A stretch of DNA of 64,000 nucleotides, from contig JAWOGF010000066.1 in assembly GCA_046497075.1 (NCBI GenBank), positions 3,786 through 67,785 on the forward strand, given 5' to 3'. A program made the translations under genes and the position numbers. Numbering within the stretch: the stretch's first letter is position 1; every line of letters starts with the position of its first letter. Below the pieces are notes generated by a model. It made no database searches. It was not told where the DNA came from and saw nothing but the letters and a program-made list of their open reading frames with translations. Below are positions 19,135 to 28,919 of the stretch, piece by piece. The DNA is from Candidatus Saliniplasma sp. GTDB taxonomy: Archaea > Thermoplasmatota > Thermoplasmata > Halarchaeoplasmatales > Halarchaeoplasmataceae.

Positions 19135-19497
19135 ATGAGTGAAAAACCACGAAAACAGAGAAAGAAAAGAGAAAACGCCCCCCATCATACTAAAAGGAAG
19201 ATTATGTCCTCTACTTTATCATCAGATTTGAGGGATAAGTATGGTATAAAGAGTTTACCCGTTAGAAAAGGTGATGAGGTTGAGATAATGAGAGGGTCCT
19301 TCAAAGGATTGATAAATAAAATTGCAGAAGTAGACAGAAGGAACGAGAAAGTATATATCGAAAATGTCACCGTACAGAAAGCTGATGAATCTAAAGAACC
19401 TTATGGAGTGCATCCTTCCAATCTAAAGATCGTGGATTTAAACTTATCTGACCCTTGGAGAAAAGATAAGGTTCAATCTATCCAGGAGGGTGAATAA
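19135..19497 (+). CDS. rpl24: 50S ribosomal protein L24 (uL24)
   Basis: 120 aa. KOW motif LPVRKGDEVEIMRGSFKG. Confidence 0.95.
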   Translation: MSEKPRKQRKKRENAPHHTKRKIMSSTLSSDLRDKYGIKSLPVRKGDEVEIMRGSFKGLINKIAEVDRRNEKVYIENVTVQKADESKEPYGVHPSNLKIVDLNLSDPWRKDKVQSIQEGE

Positions 19498-19499
19498 AC

Positions 19500-20216
19500 A
19501 TGAAGAGACATTCTAAAAGATATCAAGCGTCGACTGAGAGATGGGGAATACCAACAAAAGAGTATTTCTGGGCACCTAAAACGAAACCAGGTGCACACCC
19601 CGACCATAGAAGTGCCCCGATTATAGTATTGATCCGAGATATTTTGAAATATGCAGATACATCTAGAGAAGCCAATATGATAGTAGCAAATAATAAAGTC
19701 CTTTTGGATGGTGATGTTGTAAAAGATAAAAACACACCTGTTGGGCTTATGGATGTGATATCAATACCTGATTTAGACGAACATTATCGCATGCTTTTTG
19801 ACCAACATGGAAAGATACGTCTTTCTCCAGTAGAAGATGGTTTTGAGAGTTGGAAACTTTCAAAGATAGAAAAGAAGACTGCTATTAAAGATGGTAGATG
19901 GCAACTCAATTTACATGATGGACGGAATATCACTGTTGAAGATCCTGACAAGTACAATACGAAAGATGTATTGAAGATAAGTATACCTGATCAAAAAATT
20001 ATTGATGTTTTTGAATTCGATAAAGGGAATATGGCATTGATTACTGGAGGAAAGCATATAGGGGAATTAGGAGTTATAAGTGAACGGGAAGTAGTGAAAG
20101 GTTCACAACCTAATTTAATCCATTTTGAAGACGGAATCACCACCATCGAAGAATATGTGTTCGTGGTAGGTAGAGAAAAGCCTGATATAAAGATCCCAGA
20201 GGTAGGTATATTATGA
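19500..20216 (+). CDS. rps4e: 30S ribosomal protein S4e (eS4)
   Basis: 238 aa. Motif HSKRYQASTERWGIPTKEYFWAPKTKPGAHP. Confidence 0.95.
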   Translation: MKRHSKRYQASTERWGIPTKEYFWAPKTKPGAHPDHRSAPIIVLIRDILKYADTSREANMIVANNKVLLDGDVVKDKNTPVGLMDVISIPDLDEHYRMLFDQHGKIRLSPVEDGFESWKLSKIEKKTAIKDGRWQLNLHDGRNITVEDPDKYNTKDVLKISIPDQKIIDVFEFDKGNMALITGGKHIGELGVISEREVVKGSQPNLIHFEDGITTIEEYVFVVGREKPDIKIPEVGIL

Positions 20217-20731
20217 ACGAACAAAATCCGATGCGTAAACCAAGGATAATCAAGTGTGTAGTTAACATCGGAGTGGGCAGCGGTGGAGAGAAACAGAGAA
20301 AAGCTAGAGATGTCATAAAGATGCTTACGGGACAGGAACCAGTTGACACAATATCGAAGACTACAAACGCAGATATAGGGATAAGAGAAGGTCAGACCAT
20401 CGGTTGTAAGGTGACATTGAGAGATGAAAAGGCTTACAACTTCCTTAAAAAAGCCTTCTGGGTTACAGAGGATAAAATCCTCGTAGATAATTTCGATGAA
20501 AATGGTAACTTTTCATTCGGTATAGATGATTATACTGATTTTGAGGATATGAAATATGATCCGAATATAGGGATATTTGGGTTAGATATATCCGTTGAAC
20601 TTGCCCGTAAGGGTGAGCGGATCAAAAGAAGAAAGAAGGAAGCTAAAAAGATTCCAGAACATCAAAAATTGACTAAAGAGGAGGCAATAGAATACGTCGA
20701 AAAGGCCTTCGGCGTGGAGGCGATAGAATGA
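20213..20731 (+). CDS. rpl5: 50S ribosomal protein L5 (uL5)
   Basis: 172 aa. Motif [27 protein letters not shown] overlap with S4e. Confidence 0.95.
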   Translation: MNEQNPMRKPRIIKCVVNIGVGSGGEKQRKARDVIKMLTGQEPVDTISKTTNADIGIREGQTIGCKVTLRDEKAYNFLKKAFWVTEDKILVDNFDENGNFSFGIDDYTDFEDMKYDPNIGIFGLDISVELARKGERIKRRKKEAKKIPEHQKLTKEEAIEYVEKAFGVEAIE

Positions 20732-20874
20732 AACCAGATAAGGAATTTGGAAGAAAAGAAGGATGTAAACGCTGTGGCAGAAAGAGAGGAATTATCAGAC
20801 GTTATGGACTGCATGTTTGTCGACAGTGTTTCAGAGAGATCGCAGAAGATCTAGGGTTCGAAAAATATTCATGA
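20728..20874 (+). CDS. rps14: 30S ribosomal protein S14 (uS14, zinc-binding type Z)
   Basis: Not in the ORF track (48 aa). My translation: [48 protein letters not shown]. CxxC...CxxC is present. ATGA overlap with L5, and it fills the L5-S8 gap as in all archaea. Confidence 0.95.
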   Translation: MKPDKEFGRKEGCKRCGRKRGIIRRYGLHVCRQCFREIAEDLGFEKYS

Positions 20875-20885
20875 GGTGCTAAACT

Positions 20886-21275
20886 ATGAAACATGATCCA
20901 CTAAATGATGCTTTGTCAAAGATAAACAACGCTGAACACAGCGGTAAAATAGATTGTAAGATATCTCCAGCTTCAAAGCTGATCGGGAGGGTACTGAAGG
21001 TTATGCAGGAGAAGGATTATTTAGAAAAATTTGAGTACATTGAAGACGGTCGAGGGGGAGAATACAAGGTCAAATTGAAAGGGAATATAAACAAATGTAA
21101 AGTAGTGAAACCTAGATGGTCTTTAAAATCGGGCCAGATCGAAGAATATGAGTCAAGATATCTCCCAGCACAGGGATTTGGAGTATTGATACTTACAACG
21201 AACATGGGTGTTCTTTCCCATGAAGAAGCAAAAGAGCAAGGCGTTGGAGGTAAATTATTAGCTTACATATACTGA
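20886..21275 (+). CDS. rps8: 30S ribosomal protein S8 (uS8)
   Basis: 129 aa. Motif DPLNDALSKINNAEHSGK. Confidence 0.95.
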   Translation: MKHDPLNDALSKINNAEHSGKIDCKISPASKLIGRVLKVMQEKDYLEKFEYIEDGRGGEYKVKLKGNINKCKVVKPRWSLKSGQIEEYESRYLPAQGFGVLILTTNMGVLSHEEAKEQGVGGKLLAYIY

Positions 21276-21285
21276 GGTTTGTATT

Positions 21286-21837
21286 ATGCCAATAGCAGCA
21301 AAATTAGAAGAGATCGTAGAAATACCAGAAGAGGTAAATGTGAAAAAGGAAGACGATGAGATCGAAGTATCTGGTCCTAACGGAACTATAAGAAACAGGT
21401 TTAGTGACAAAAGAGTAAATATAGATATCAAAGGTGATAAAATAGAACTACATGTGAAAGACCCTTCCAAGAGAGAAAAAGCCCTTTTGGGTACTTATTC
21501 ATCACACCTACAAAATATGGTAAAAGGTGTACAGGAAGATTTCCAATACAAATTAAAGATCGTTTACTCTCACTTTCCGGTAAAGGTTAGATCTGAAGGT
21601 GATGAAGTAGTCATCGAGAACTTCGTAGGAGAAAAGAAACCGAGAAGAGCTCCGATTCTAGGGGAAACAAATGTGGAGATTAAAGGAGATGAAGTTTTAG
21701 TGACAGGTCTCAATAAAGATCTAGTAGCTCAAACTGCAGCGAATATTGAATCAACCACCAGGATCAAAAATACTGATTCGAGAGTTTTCCAAGATGGAAT
21801 ATATATAATCGAAAAAGCTGGTAAAGCATTGAAATAG
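21286..21837 (+). CDS. rpl6: 50S ribosomal protein L6 (uL6)
   Basis: 183 aa. Position and motif YSHFPVKV...VVIENFVGEKKPR. Confidence 0.95.
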   Translation: MPIAAKLEEIVEIPEEVNVKKEDDEIEVSGPNGTIRNRFSDKRVNIDIKGDKIELHVKDPSKREKALLGTYSSHLQNMVKGVQEDFQYKLKIVYSHFPVKVRSEGDEVVIENFVGEKKPRRAPILGETNVEIKGDEVLVTGLNKDLVAQTAANIESTTRIKNTDSRVFQDGIYIIEKAGKALK

Positions 21838-21844
21838 GTGAGTT

Positions 21845-22279
21845 ATGATGACAGAAAACGAGAATGAGGATCACGAAGTAAAAAAGAAACCAGAACTCGA
21901 CGAAGAAACAGAGGAATTACTAGAAAAAAGGGCCAAGATTAAAGGTAGAAGACCTAAATTTTCTAGACAAGAATGGTTCCGATATAAAAAGTTGGATAGG
22001 GATACGTGGAGAAAACCTAGAGGACAACACTCTAAGGTGAGACAGAACCTGAAATACAGACCCAATGTTGCAAATATCGGATATAGATCCCCTAAAAAGG
22101 TTAGAGGACTACATCCTTCCGGTTTTGAAGAAGTTTTGGTCCATAATACTGATGATCTAGAAGGTCTAGATCCAGAAACTCAAGCGGTGAGGATAGCACA
22201 TGGTGTGGGGATGAAGAAAAGGATCGATATAGAGAATAAAGCAGATGAATTGGATTTAAGAGTACTCAATAGAACATAA
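21845..22279 (+). CDS. rpl32e: 50S ribosomal protein L32e (eL32)
   Basis: 144 aa. Motif RPKFSRQEWFRYKKLDRDTWRKPRGQHSKVR. Has an acidic N-terminal extension. Confidence 0.95.
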   Translation: MMTENENEDHEVKKKPELDEETEELLEKRAKIKGRRPKFSRQEWFRYKKLDRDTWRKPRGQHSKVRQNLKYRPNVANIGYRSPKKVRGLHPSGFEEVLVHNTDDLEGLDPETQAVRIAHGVGMKKRIDIENKADELDLRVLNRT

Positions 22280-22289
22280 GGTGTAATTT

Positions 22290-22772
22290 ATGGATATAAA
22301 ATATCAAAAACGACTCGCAGCTGACATCTTAAAATGCGGTAAAGATAGGGTTTGGGTAGACGACACGATGTTAGATGAGGTAGTTGAGGCGATCACACGT
22401 GATGAAGTTAGGAATCTGATAGCTAATGATGTAATCCGAAAGAAACCAGTTAAAGGGAATTCAAAAGGTAGGCAAAGATACAAGAATAACCAGAAGAAAA
22501 AGGGTCGGAGGAGCGGACAGGGTAAAAGGAAAGGAAAAAAAACTGCTAGAGAACCATCAAAGCACAACTGGAAAAAGCGGATTAGATCTATAAGGAAAGA
22601 GCTCAGGTATTTGAGGGATAATGATAATATTGATCCCACGATATATAGAAAGTTTTACAATAAAGCTAAAGGTGGAACTTTTGAGAATAAATCAGATATG
22701 CTCCTTCATCTTAAGATGGAAGGATATATAGATGAAGATTACGAACATCCGGAGGAGAATAATAATGGCTGA
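22290..22772 (+). CDS. rpl19e: 50S ribosomal protein L19e (eL19)
   Basis: 160 aa. Motif DIKYQKRLAADILKCGKDRVWVD. Confidence 0.95.
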   Translation: MDIKYQKRLAADILKCGKDRVWVDDTMLDEVVEAITRDEVRNLIANDVIRKKPVKGNSKGRQRYKNNQKKKGRRSGQGKRKGKKTAREPSKHNWKKRIRSIRKELRYLRDNDNIDPTIYRKFYNKAKGGTFENKSDMLLHLKMEGYIDEDYEHPEENNNG

Positions 22773-23265
22773 AGGACCTACTCATAGGATGCCTTTAAAA
22801 AGAAGACGTGAAGGCAAAACAGATTATAGACAAAGATTGAGGCTACTGAAATCAGGTAAGACTCGGGCAGTAGTTAGGATTACAAATAAGAATGTAATTG
22901 TACAGTTTACAGATTATCATGAGGATGGAGATATCGTAAAAGTGAACGTAGACAGTAATCACATCAGAGGATATGGATGGGAAGGACACGGGTCTAATTT
23001 ACCAAGTTCTTATCTTGTAGGTTTTCTAGCCGGAAAGAAGGCTTTAGATATCGGTATACAAGAGGCGGTTCTTGATATAGGTTTAAATATACCTGAAAAG
23101 GGCGGCAGGATTTTCTCCGTTCTAAATGGTATAGTAGATGCTGGGGTCGATGTCCCCCATGATCCTGAGATCCTTCCATCTAGTGAAAGGAAAGAAGGAA
23201 AACATATAAACGAAGAAACAGTAGAAAATTTTTATGAAGTTAAAGAAAAGTTGGAGGCTTTATGA
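22765..23265 (+). CDS. rpl18: 50S ribosomal protein L18 (uL18)
   Basis: The track ORF starts at 22732. I prefer ATG 22765, with GGAGGAG 9 nt upstream. Supporting sequence: MAEGPTHRMPLKRRREGKTDYRQRLRLLKSG. Confidence 0.9.
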   Translation: MAEGPTHRMPLKRRREGKTDYRQRLRLLKSGKTRAVVRITNKNVIVQFTDYHEDGDIVKVNVDSNHIRGYGWEGHGSNLPSSYLVGFLAGKKALDIGIQEAVLDIGLNIPEKGGRIFSVLNGIVDAGVDVPHDPEILPSSERKEGKHINEETVENFYEVKEKLEAL

Positions 23266-23933
23266 TGCCAGGTTGGGAACCAAAAACACGGTTGGGTAGG
23301 ATGGTAAAACGTGGTGAAATCACCAATATGGGTGAAGCTCTAGATACTAGACTGCCCATAAGGGAATCAGAGATAATAGATGCACTCATACCGAATCTAG
23401 ATGACGATGTATTGGATGTAAACATGGTCCAAAGGATGTCCGATTCTGGAAGAAGGGTAAGATTTACAGTCGCATCGGTTGTTGGGAATCACGATGGATA
23501 TGTAGGTTTGGGTACTGCTAAAGGAAAAGAAGTAGGTCCGACTATAAGAAAGAGCATAGATAATGCTAAATTAAATATAGTCAGGATAAGGCGAGGCGAT
23601 GGTTCTTGGCAGTGCGGCTGTGGACAGCCCCATACCATACCATTCAGAGTGACTGGAAAATCCGGTTCAGTATGGATAGAACTCATCCCAGCTCCTAGCG
23701 GTATAGGTTTGGCTGTAGGAGATACCGCGAAATCTATACTATCTCGTGCAGGTATAGACGATGTATGGGGATTCTCTAAAGGCCATACTAGGACTACTGT
23801 AAATTATGCTAAAGCAGTTTTTGATGCGATGAAGAAAACTGCTGAGATGAGAGTTACTTCTACGCAAGCTGAAGAACTTGGTATAGTTGAAGGAATACAG
23901 GGAAATATTGGACAAAAAAGTGGTGGTGAATGA
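23262..23933 (+). CDS. rps5: 30S ribosomal protein S5 (uS5)
   Basis: 223 aa. Motif RVRFTVASVVGNHDGYVGLGTAKGKEV. Confidence 0.95.
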   Translation: MMPGWEPKTRLGRMVKRGEITNMGEALDTRLPIRESEIIDALIPNLDDDVLDVNMVQRMSDSGRRVRFTVASVVGNHDGYVGLGTAKGKEVGPTIRKSIDNAKLNIVRIRRGDGSWQCGCGQPHTIPFRVTGKSGSVWIELIPAPSGIGLAVGDTAKSILSRAGIDDVWGFSKGHTRTTVNYAKAVFDAMKKTAEMRVTSTQAEELGIVEGIQGNIGQKSGGE

Positions 23934-24409
23934 TGGTTTTAGCTGTTATTAGGATAAGGAGTCCTAGAAGAAAAACTCATAAGATAGAAGAAACTCTTAA
24001 ATCCCTCGGGTTGAAACAAGTTAATAATTGCACTATCATATCCAACGACCCTACTAACAAAGGCATGCTGAATAGGGTGAAGGATGTCGTGACTTGGGGC
24101 GAAATAGAAGAAGACATGCTTGTAGATTTACTCAAAAGTAGGTCTAATTTAGGTGAAGAGTTGACCGACGATTATATCTCAGAAAACACGGAGTATGAAA
24201 CATTGAATGATTTCGTAAAAAAAGTAAAAGAAGATAATGCTTCTATAAAGGATCTACCCGATCTAGAAAATTTGTTTAAATTACACCCCCCACGGGGCGG
24301 GTTTCGAGGTGTAAAAAAGCCTTATAAAACAGGTGGATCCTTGGGTTATAGAGGCAAAGATATAAATATTCTAATTGAAAAGATGTTTGACGAAGTTACA
24401 GAGGATTAA
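23930..24409 (+). CDS. rpl30: 50S ribosomal protein L30 (uL30)
   Basis: 159 aa. Motif LAVIRIRSPRRKTHKIEETLKSLGLKQVNNCTI. Confidence 0.95.
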   Translation: MMVLAVIRIRSPRRKTHKIEETLKSLGLKQVNNCTIISNDPTNKGMLNRVKDVVTWGEIEEDMLVDLLKSRSNLGEELTDDYISENTEYETLNDFVKKVKEDNASIKDLPDLENLFKLHPPRGGFRGVKKPYKTGGSLGYRGKDINILIEKMFDEVTED

Positions 24410-24421
24410 AGTTGTGGTATC

Positions 24422-24862
24422 ATGGGTAAAAAAAAGACGAAGAAAAACAGAGGATCACGATCTCACGGTCGAGGTATAAAAGGGGGTAGAGGTGCAGGAG
24501 AACGTGGTGGTAGAGGCAAAGCGGGCCTTCAGAAACATAAGTGGAAATCTATCGTTAAAGAAGACAAGGATTATTTTGGGCCTAAAGGCTTTTCAAGACC
24601 CCAGTCAGTGGTAGAAGAGAAAGAACCTATAAACATATATCAGGTTGAACAACAGATAGATGACCTTATAGAAAATGGGTTTGCAAAAAAGAAAGGATCT
24701 GGTTATGAGGTGGACTTAGTTAAGGCCGGTTATGATAAATTGTTAGGCCAGGGTAAGACACGCTTTCAGATGAATATCAAGGTTCCTTCTACCAGCGAGA
24801 GAGCTGTTAGGAAAATAGAAGAAGCTGGTGGGAAAGTTATCAAAGTAGAACAAGAAGATTAA
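24422..24862 (+). CDS. rpl15: 50S ribosomal protein L15 (uL15)
   Basis: 146 aa. Motif NRGSRSHGRGIKGGRGAGERGGRGKAG. Confidence 0.95.
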   Translation: MGKKKTKKNRGSRSHGRGIKGGRGAGERGGRGKAGLQKHKWKSIVKEDKDYFGPKGFSRPQSVVEEKEPINIYQVEQQIDDLIENGFAKKKGSGYEVDLVKAGYDKLLGQGKTRFQMNIKVPSTSERAVRKIEEAGGKVIKVEQED

Positions 24863-24876
24863 GGAGAGAGTAAAAG

Positions 24877-26451
24877 ATGGCCGAAGATGAGGAAAAGAGC
24901 AGGTTGTACAAACTCAAACCTCTTGTAGACAGGATGCCCGCGGTAAAACAACCAGAAGGGCATGTCCATTTTCGTAGAAAAATAATTTGGACTGTTTTAA
25001 TATTGGTCGTTTATTTGTGCATGACCAATATACTAGTTTATGGGTTAGATCCTGCTCAAACAATGGACCTGTTCGAACAATTTAGAGCGATTTTTGCAGG
25101 AGAATCGGGTTCTATTGTTCATCTCGGCATAATGCCCATCGTTAATGCATCTATTATCATGCAGCTTTTCCAAGGGGCAGACATAATCAATCTAGATATG
25201 AAGGATGAAGAAGATAAAGCAGTTTATCAGAATACACAGAAATTCCTTGTAATTGTAATGATACTTGTTCAAGCTGTGCCCCAGGTGTATGGGTTTTTAG
25301 TTCCGGGACAAGGTTTTATTGATGTACTAAATGGTATGGTGGCTGGCCACGGTGAGTTATTAGCACGAGTCATAATAATAATCCAGCTTTCGGTTGGCTG
25401 TTATCTATTATTCTTGATGGACGAGGTCGTTTCAAAGTGGGGTATAGGAAGCGGTATCAGTTTATTCATCGTCGCCGGTGTAGCACAGGGTATATTCACT
25501 GGGATCTTCAACTGGGCACCAGACCCTATGGGGAGGACCGAAGCTCCTGTAGGAGCAATACCTAGAACTATTTACACGATGCAACACTCTTCTGCTCAAG
25601 AATTTGTGGGAGGGGGTTTTGAAACGTTGCTACTGCAACCACCTAACGCCTTGATTACTATACCTACAACGATACTGATATTTTTGATGGTAGCTTACGT
25701 GCAGTCATCTAGAGTAGAACTTCCGTTAGCTCATGGCAGGGCAAGAGGTGCTAGAGGACGTTATCCACTAAAATTGATCTACGCATCTGTTATTCCTGTG
25801 ATTTTAGTTTCCGCTTTACTTGCAAATATCAATCTATTTTCCATGCTATTTTACACCAATCCAACTTTCCAAAACTTCCCGATATTTGGAGAAGCCGCTT
25901 GGCTGGGAGTATTCCAACCTGGATCTACAGAACCGATATCAGGTGCTGCTTGGTATATCTCTAATGTAAAAGGACTAAGTGATTGGTTATTACCACTGAT
26001 ATCGGAAAGATATGCTGGAAGTATGAGTCCCGAAGGTGTTAGTTGGACATATAGTAAACTACAGATAATCGCCAGAGTTATTAGCCATTTTATATTCATG
26101 ACGGTGTTTGCTATACTATTTTCTATATTCTGGGTTAGAACTACTAACATGGATGCCGAATCGGTTGCAGAACAGATCCAGGACAGTGGTATGCAGATTC
26201 CAGGATTTAGAAGGGATCCAAGGGTATTAAGGAAGGTATTGGAAAGGTATATTCCAGCCATCACAGTATTTAGTGGATTCTTTATTGGAGCTTTAGCTGC
26301 TGGTGCGAATATGATAGGCACCGTTGGTGACGCAGGAGGCGTAAGTCTGTTCCTAGCTATCAGTATATTGACGGAACTTTATGAACAGATGGGCAAAGAG
26401 CAGATGATGGAGATGCATCCTGTCCTAAGAGATTTCTTTGGGAATCAATGA
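24877..26451 (+). CDS. secY: Preprotein translocase subunit SecY
   Basis: 524 aa, 10-TM-like hydrophobicity. Canonical position after L15. Motif FRAIFAGESGSIVHLGIMPIVNASIIMQL. Confidence 0.95.
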   Translation: MAEDEEKSRLYKLKPLVDRMPAVKQPEGHVHFRRKIIWTVLILVVYLCMTNILVYGLDPAQTMDLFEQFRAIFAGESGSIVHLGIMPIVNASIIMQLFQGADIINLDMKDEEDKAVYQNTQKFLVIVMILVQAVPQVYGFLVPGQGFIDVLNGMVAGHGELLARVIIIIQLSVGCYLLFLMDEVVSKWGIGSGISLFIVAGVAQGIFTGIFNWAPDPMGRTEAPVGAIPRTIYTMQHSSAQEFVGGGFETLLLQPPNALITIPTTILIFLMVAYVQSSRVELPLAHGRARGARGRYPLKLIYASVIPVILVSALLANINLFSMLFYTNPTFQNFPIFGEAAWLGVFQPGSTEPISGAAWYISNVKGLSDWLLPLISERYAGSMSPEGVSWTYSKLQIIARVISHFIFMTVFAILFSIFWVRTTNMDAESVAEQIQDSGMQIPGFRRDPRVLRKVLERYIPAITVFSGFFIGALAAGANMIGTVGDAGGVSLFLAISILTELYEQMGKEQMMEMHPVLRDFFGNQ

Positions 26452-26478
26452 CGACATATTGTTGATATAGGTGTTTGA

Positions 26479-27189
26479 ATGACCGGGAATGATGAAGAAA
26501 CTGTCGAGGAGAATGTAGAAGAGGATGGCCAACCTAAACAATTATTCAGTTTAAGGAGGTTCATCTATATCTTCTTGGGTCTACTGGCCTTGATGGTGAT
26601 GTTTGATGAAGGTCTAAGGGACACTATGGGTGGTTTTGTCGGTTTAGTATTTGAACCTGTTTTTGGTTTTGGCGGTAATTATCCTGTTTTGACACTGGTC
26701 CTCGCAGGTTCTACGATGATAGCTTTTTCTACTCTGGTAAGAGATTTATTTATGGATTGGGTGGACATGGCGGAAAAACAGAAGCAAACATCCGCCTTTC
26801 AGAAGGAATTGATGGAAGCCAAAAAAGCCAATAAGACTACTAAAGTCAAGGAGATGGAAAAAGTTCAACCGAAAATATCGAAGATGCAGATGGCGACCTT
26901 CAAACCACAGATAAAATCTATGGCCATCACGATGATAGTCATAATTTCAATATTCGGGTGGTTGTGGACCTTTTTAGAGGGTCTGCAAAATCATACCTTT
27001 TCTGTACCATGGGCATTCAATGCTAGCTTTTTAAAACATTATGAATTATGCTTCTTTCCCTTTCCACAGTGGATCGGAGTATATATGTTGTTGTCTATTC
27101 CACTAGGCCAGGTATTGAGAGTAACTCTTCAGATATTAACATTCAAAAAAAGAATGAGTGATGAAGAGGAATTGAGTGAGGTCAAATGA
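26479..27189 (+). CDS. DUF106 / EMC3-TMCO1-like membrane protein (archaeal YidC/Oxa1-like insertase candidate)
   Basis: 236 aa, 3 or more TM helices with a basic coiled-coil hairpin (KQKQTSAFQKELMEAKKANKTTKVKEMEKVQPK). Conserved position between secY and cmk in archaea. Confidence 0.7.
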   Translation: MTGNDEETVEENVEEDGQPKQLFSLRRFIYIFLGLLALMVMFDEGLRDTMGGFVGLVFEPVFGFGGNYPVLTLVLAGSTMIAFSTLVRDLFMDWVDMAEKQKQTSAFQKELMEAKKANKTTKVKEMEKVQPKISKMQMATFKPQIKSMAITMIVIISIFGWLWTFLEGLQNHTFSVPWAFNASFLKHYELCFFPFPQWIGVYMLLSIPLGQVLRVTLQILTFKKRMSDEEELSEVK

Positions 27190-27737
27190 GCGATTTTGAG
27201 GATATTATAATCACTATCAGTGGTTTACCTGGTAGTGGGACAAGCACAACCGCTAAATCGTTAGGGGAGAAAACCGGGATGAAAATCATATCTTCTGGTG
27301 AGATCTTTAGAAGATTAGCCAGGGAAAAAGGTTACACGTTGGAAGAATTTGGAGACGTTGCTGAACAAAATAAGCAGATTGATATAGAACTCGATAAAAG
27401 GATAGTCGAGGAAGCAAAACCTGGGAGTATCATTGAGGGGAGATTGTCGGGTCACATGTTATCAAGGTCACAAAAAGACGCTTTTAAAGTTTGGATTACT
27501 GCCGATATAGATACCCGGATCAAAAGGATAGCTGAAAGAGAAGATATGGGTATAAAAAGGACAAGAAAGTTGGTTAAGAAGAGGGAGGAAAGTGAACGAA
27601 AGAGATACAGGGACTATTATGATATCGACATTCTAGACAAAGAAATATATGATATTGTGATCGATTCAACTGATAATTTGCCTGACGAGGTTGTTTCAAA
27701 GATAATAGATGGGGTTAGAAATGGATCACATAATTGA
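27186..27737 (+). CDS. cmk: Cytidylate kinase, archaeal type
   Basis: 183 aa. P-loop ISGLPGSGTSTTAK, then ISSGEIFRRLAREKG. Conserved neighbourhood. Confidence 0.8.
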   Translation: MSDFEDIIITISGLPGSGTSTTAKSLGEKTGMKIISSGEIFRRLAREKGYTLEEFGDVAEQNKQIDIELDKRIVEEAKPGSIIEGRLSGHMLSRSQKDAFKVWITADIDTRIKRIAEREDMGIKRTRKLVKKREESERKRYRDYYDIDILDKEIYDIVIDSTDNLPDEVVSKIIDGVRNGSHN

Positions 27738-28665
27738 AAAAAACAATACGATCTCGAGATGGGGGAAATACCCACATGAGAGAAGTGTTGAAGAAGCCTT
27801 GAAGAGATCTTTGATCATAATCGACAAACCTTCGGGTCCTACAAGTCATCAGGTTTCTTCATGGATCCAGGATATGTTTGATATGAAGGCGGGTCACAGC
27901 GGTACTTTAGACCCAAATGTTACAGGCGTTCTACCTATGGGTTTGGGATATTCCGTAAGGGTGATAGACCTACTTCATAACGTTCCAAAGGAATACATTG
28001 CTGCGATGCATTTTCATTGGGATGTAGATTTTGAAAGAGTAAATGAGATCCTAAAGGAATTCCAAGGAGATATTTATCAGACCCCGCCATTGAAGTCAGG
28101 GGTGAAAAGAGAGAGAAGGATTAGAAAGATATTTGAGATTGAGGTTTTAGACAGTTCTGATAGGGATTATCTATTTTTTGTTAAGTGTGAATCTGGAACA
28201 TATATCCGAACATTGTGTAAAGATATTGGTAAAGCTATAGGAACAGGGGGTCATATGATGGATCTCCGTAGGACAAAATCGGGTGGATTCTCAGAAGAAG
28301 AAAGTTATATCTTGCAGGATGTTAAAGACGCTTTGATTTCTTATCGAAGCGGAGATGGAAGTATGTTAAAAGAGATGTTACTTCCATATGAGAGGGCTTT
28401 GGAGGTTTATCCAAAGATAGTTGTAAAGGATACTGCGGCGGGTTCTCTTTTAAATGGAGCTGATCTAGCCGTTCCTGGGATACTGAAGATGGAAGATTTT
28501 AAAGATGCTGAAATAGTCTCTTTGGTGTCAACTAAAGGTGAGGGGATCGCTATCGGTGAGTCAGTCTATAGAGCTGAAAAGATAATGGATATGGATAAAG
28601 GACTCGTTGTAAAAACTACTAGAGTTTTTCATCCTGTTGGGGAGTATCCTCAAAAATGGAAATGA
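27721..28665 (+). CDS. tRNA/rRNA pseudouridine synthase Cbf5 (TruB family, H/ACA RNP catalytic subunit) with PUA domain
   Basis: Motifs IIIDKPSGPTSHQV and GHSGTLDPNVTGVLP (catalytic Asp); C-terminal PUA-like VVKDTAAGSLLNGADLAVPGI. The track ORF starts at 27709; ATG 27721 is equally possible. Confidence 0.9.
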   Translation: MDHIIEKNNTISRWGKYPHERSVEEALKRSLIIIDKPSGPTSHQVSSWIQDMFDMKAGHSGTLDPNVTGVLPMGLGYSVRVIDLLHNVPKEYIAAMHFHWDVDFERVNEILKEFQGDIYQTPPLKSGVKRERRIRKIFEIEVLDSSDRDYLFFVKCESGTYIRTLCKDIGKAIGTGGHMMDLRRTKSGGFSEEESYILQDVKDALISYRSGDGSMLKEMLLPYERALEVYPKIVVKDTAAGSLLNGADLAVPGILKMEDFKDAEIVSLVSTKGEGIAIGESVYRAEKIMDMDKGLVVKTTRVFHPVGEYPQKWK

Positions 28666-28709
28666 ATTAAATATAACCTTGTTCTCAACTATAATCAGTA
28701 TCTCATAAT

Positions 28710-28816
28710 GCCGAGATAGCCTAGCCTGGTACGGCGCGAGATTGGAGATCACTCTTTGAGCGACCTAATATCTCGTGGTGCTCTGCACCTCAGGGGTTCG
28801 AATCCCCTTCTCGGCG
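28710..28816 (+). tRNA. tRNA-Ser (anticodon GGA) with a 22-nt intron at the canonical 37/38 position
   Basis: Hand-folded. Acceptor GCCGAGA/TCTCGGC; anticodon stem CGAGA/TCTCG; loop TTGGAG|intron 28748-28769|A; long variable arm GGTGC-TCT-GCACC; T-arm AGGGG-TTCGAAT-CCCCT; discriminator G. No encoded CCA. Confidence 0.9.
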
Positions 28817-28919
28817 CTTACACTTTTGCGGTTACAATATCTGTAAGTATGGTGAATAATCATGTTTGATTATAGAGGTTAGAAAACTTTATTAGACCAC
28901 CTGAAAATGATGTTCTCAC

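Noticed and set aside
26451-27737. Absence of adenylate kinase and of L34e/L14e between secY and cbf5 as a possible deletion or rearrangement
   Set aside because: Gene content at this end of the cluster varies among archaeal lineages. The junctions are tight (4-nt overlaps, 27-nt spacer) with no pseudogene remnants, so this is most likely the native arrangement with those genes elsewhere.
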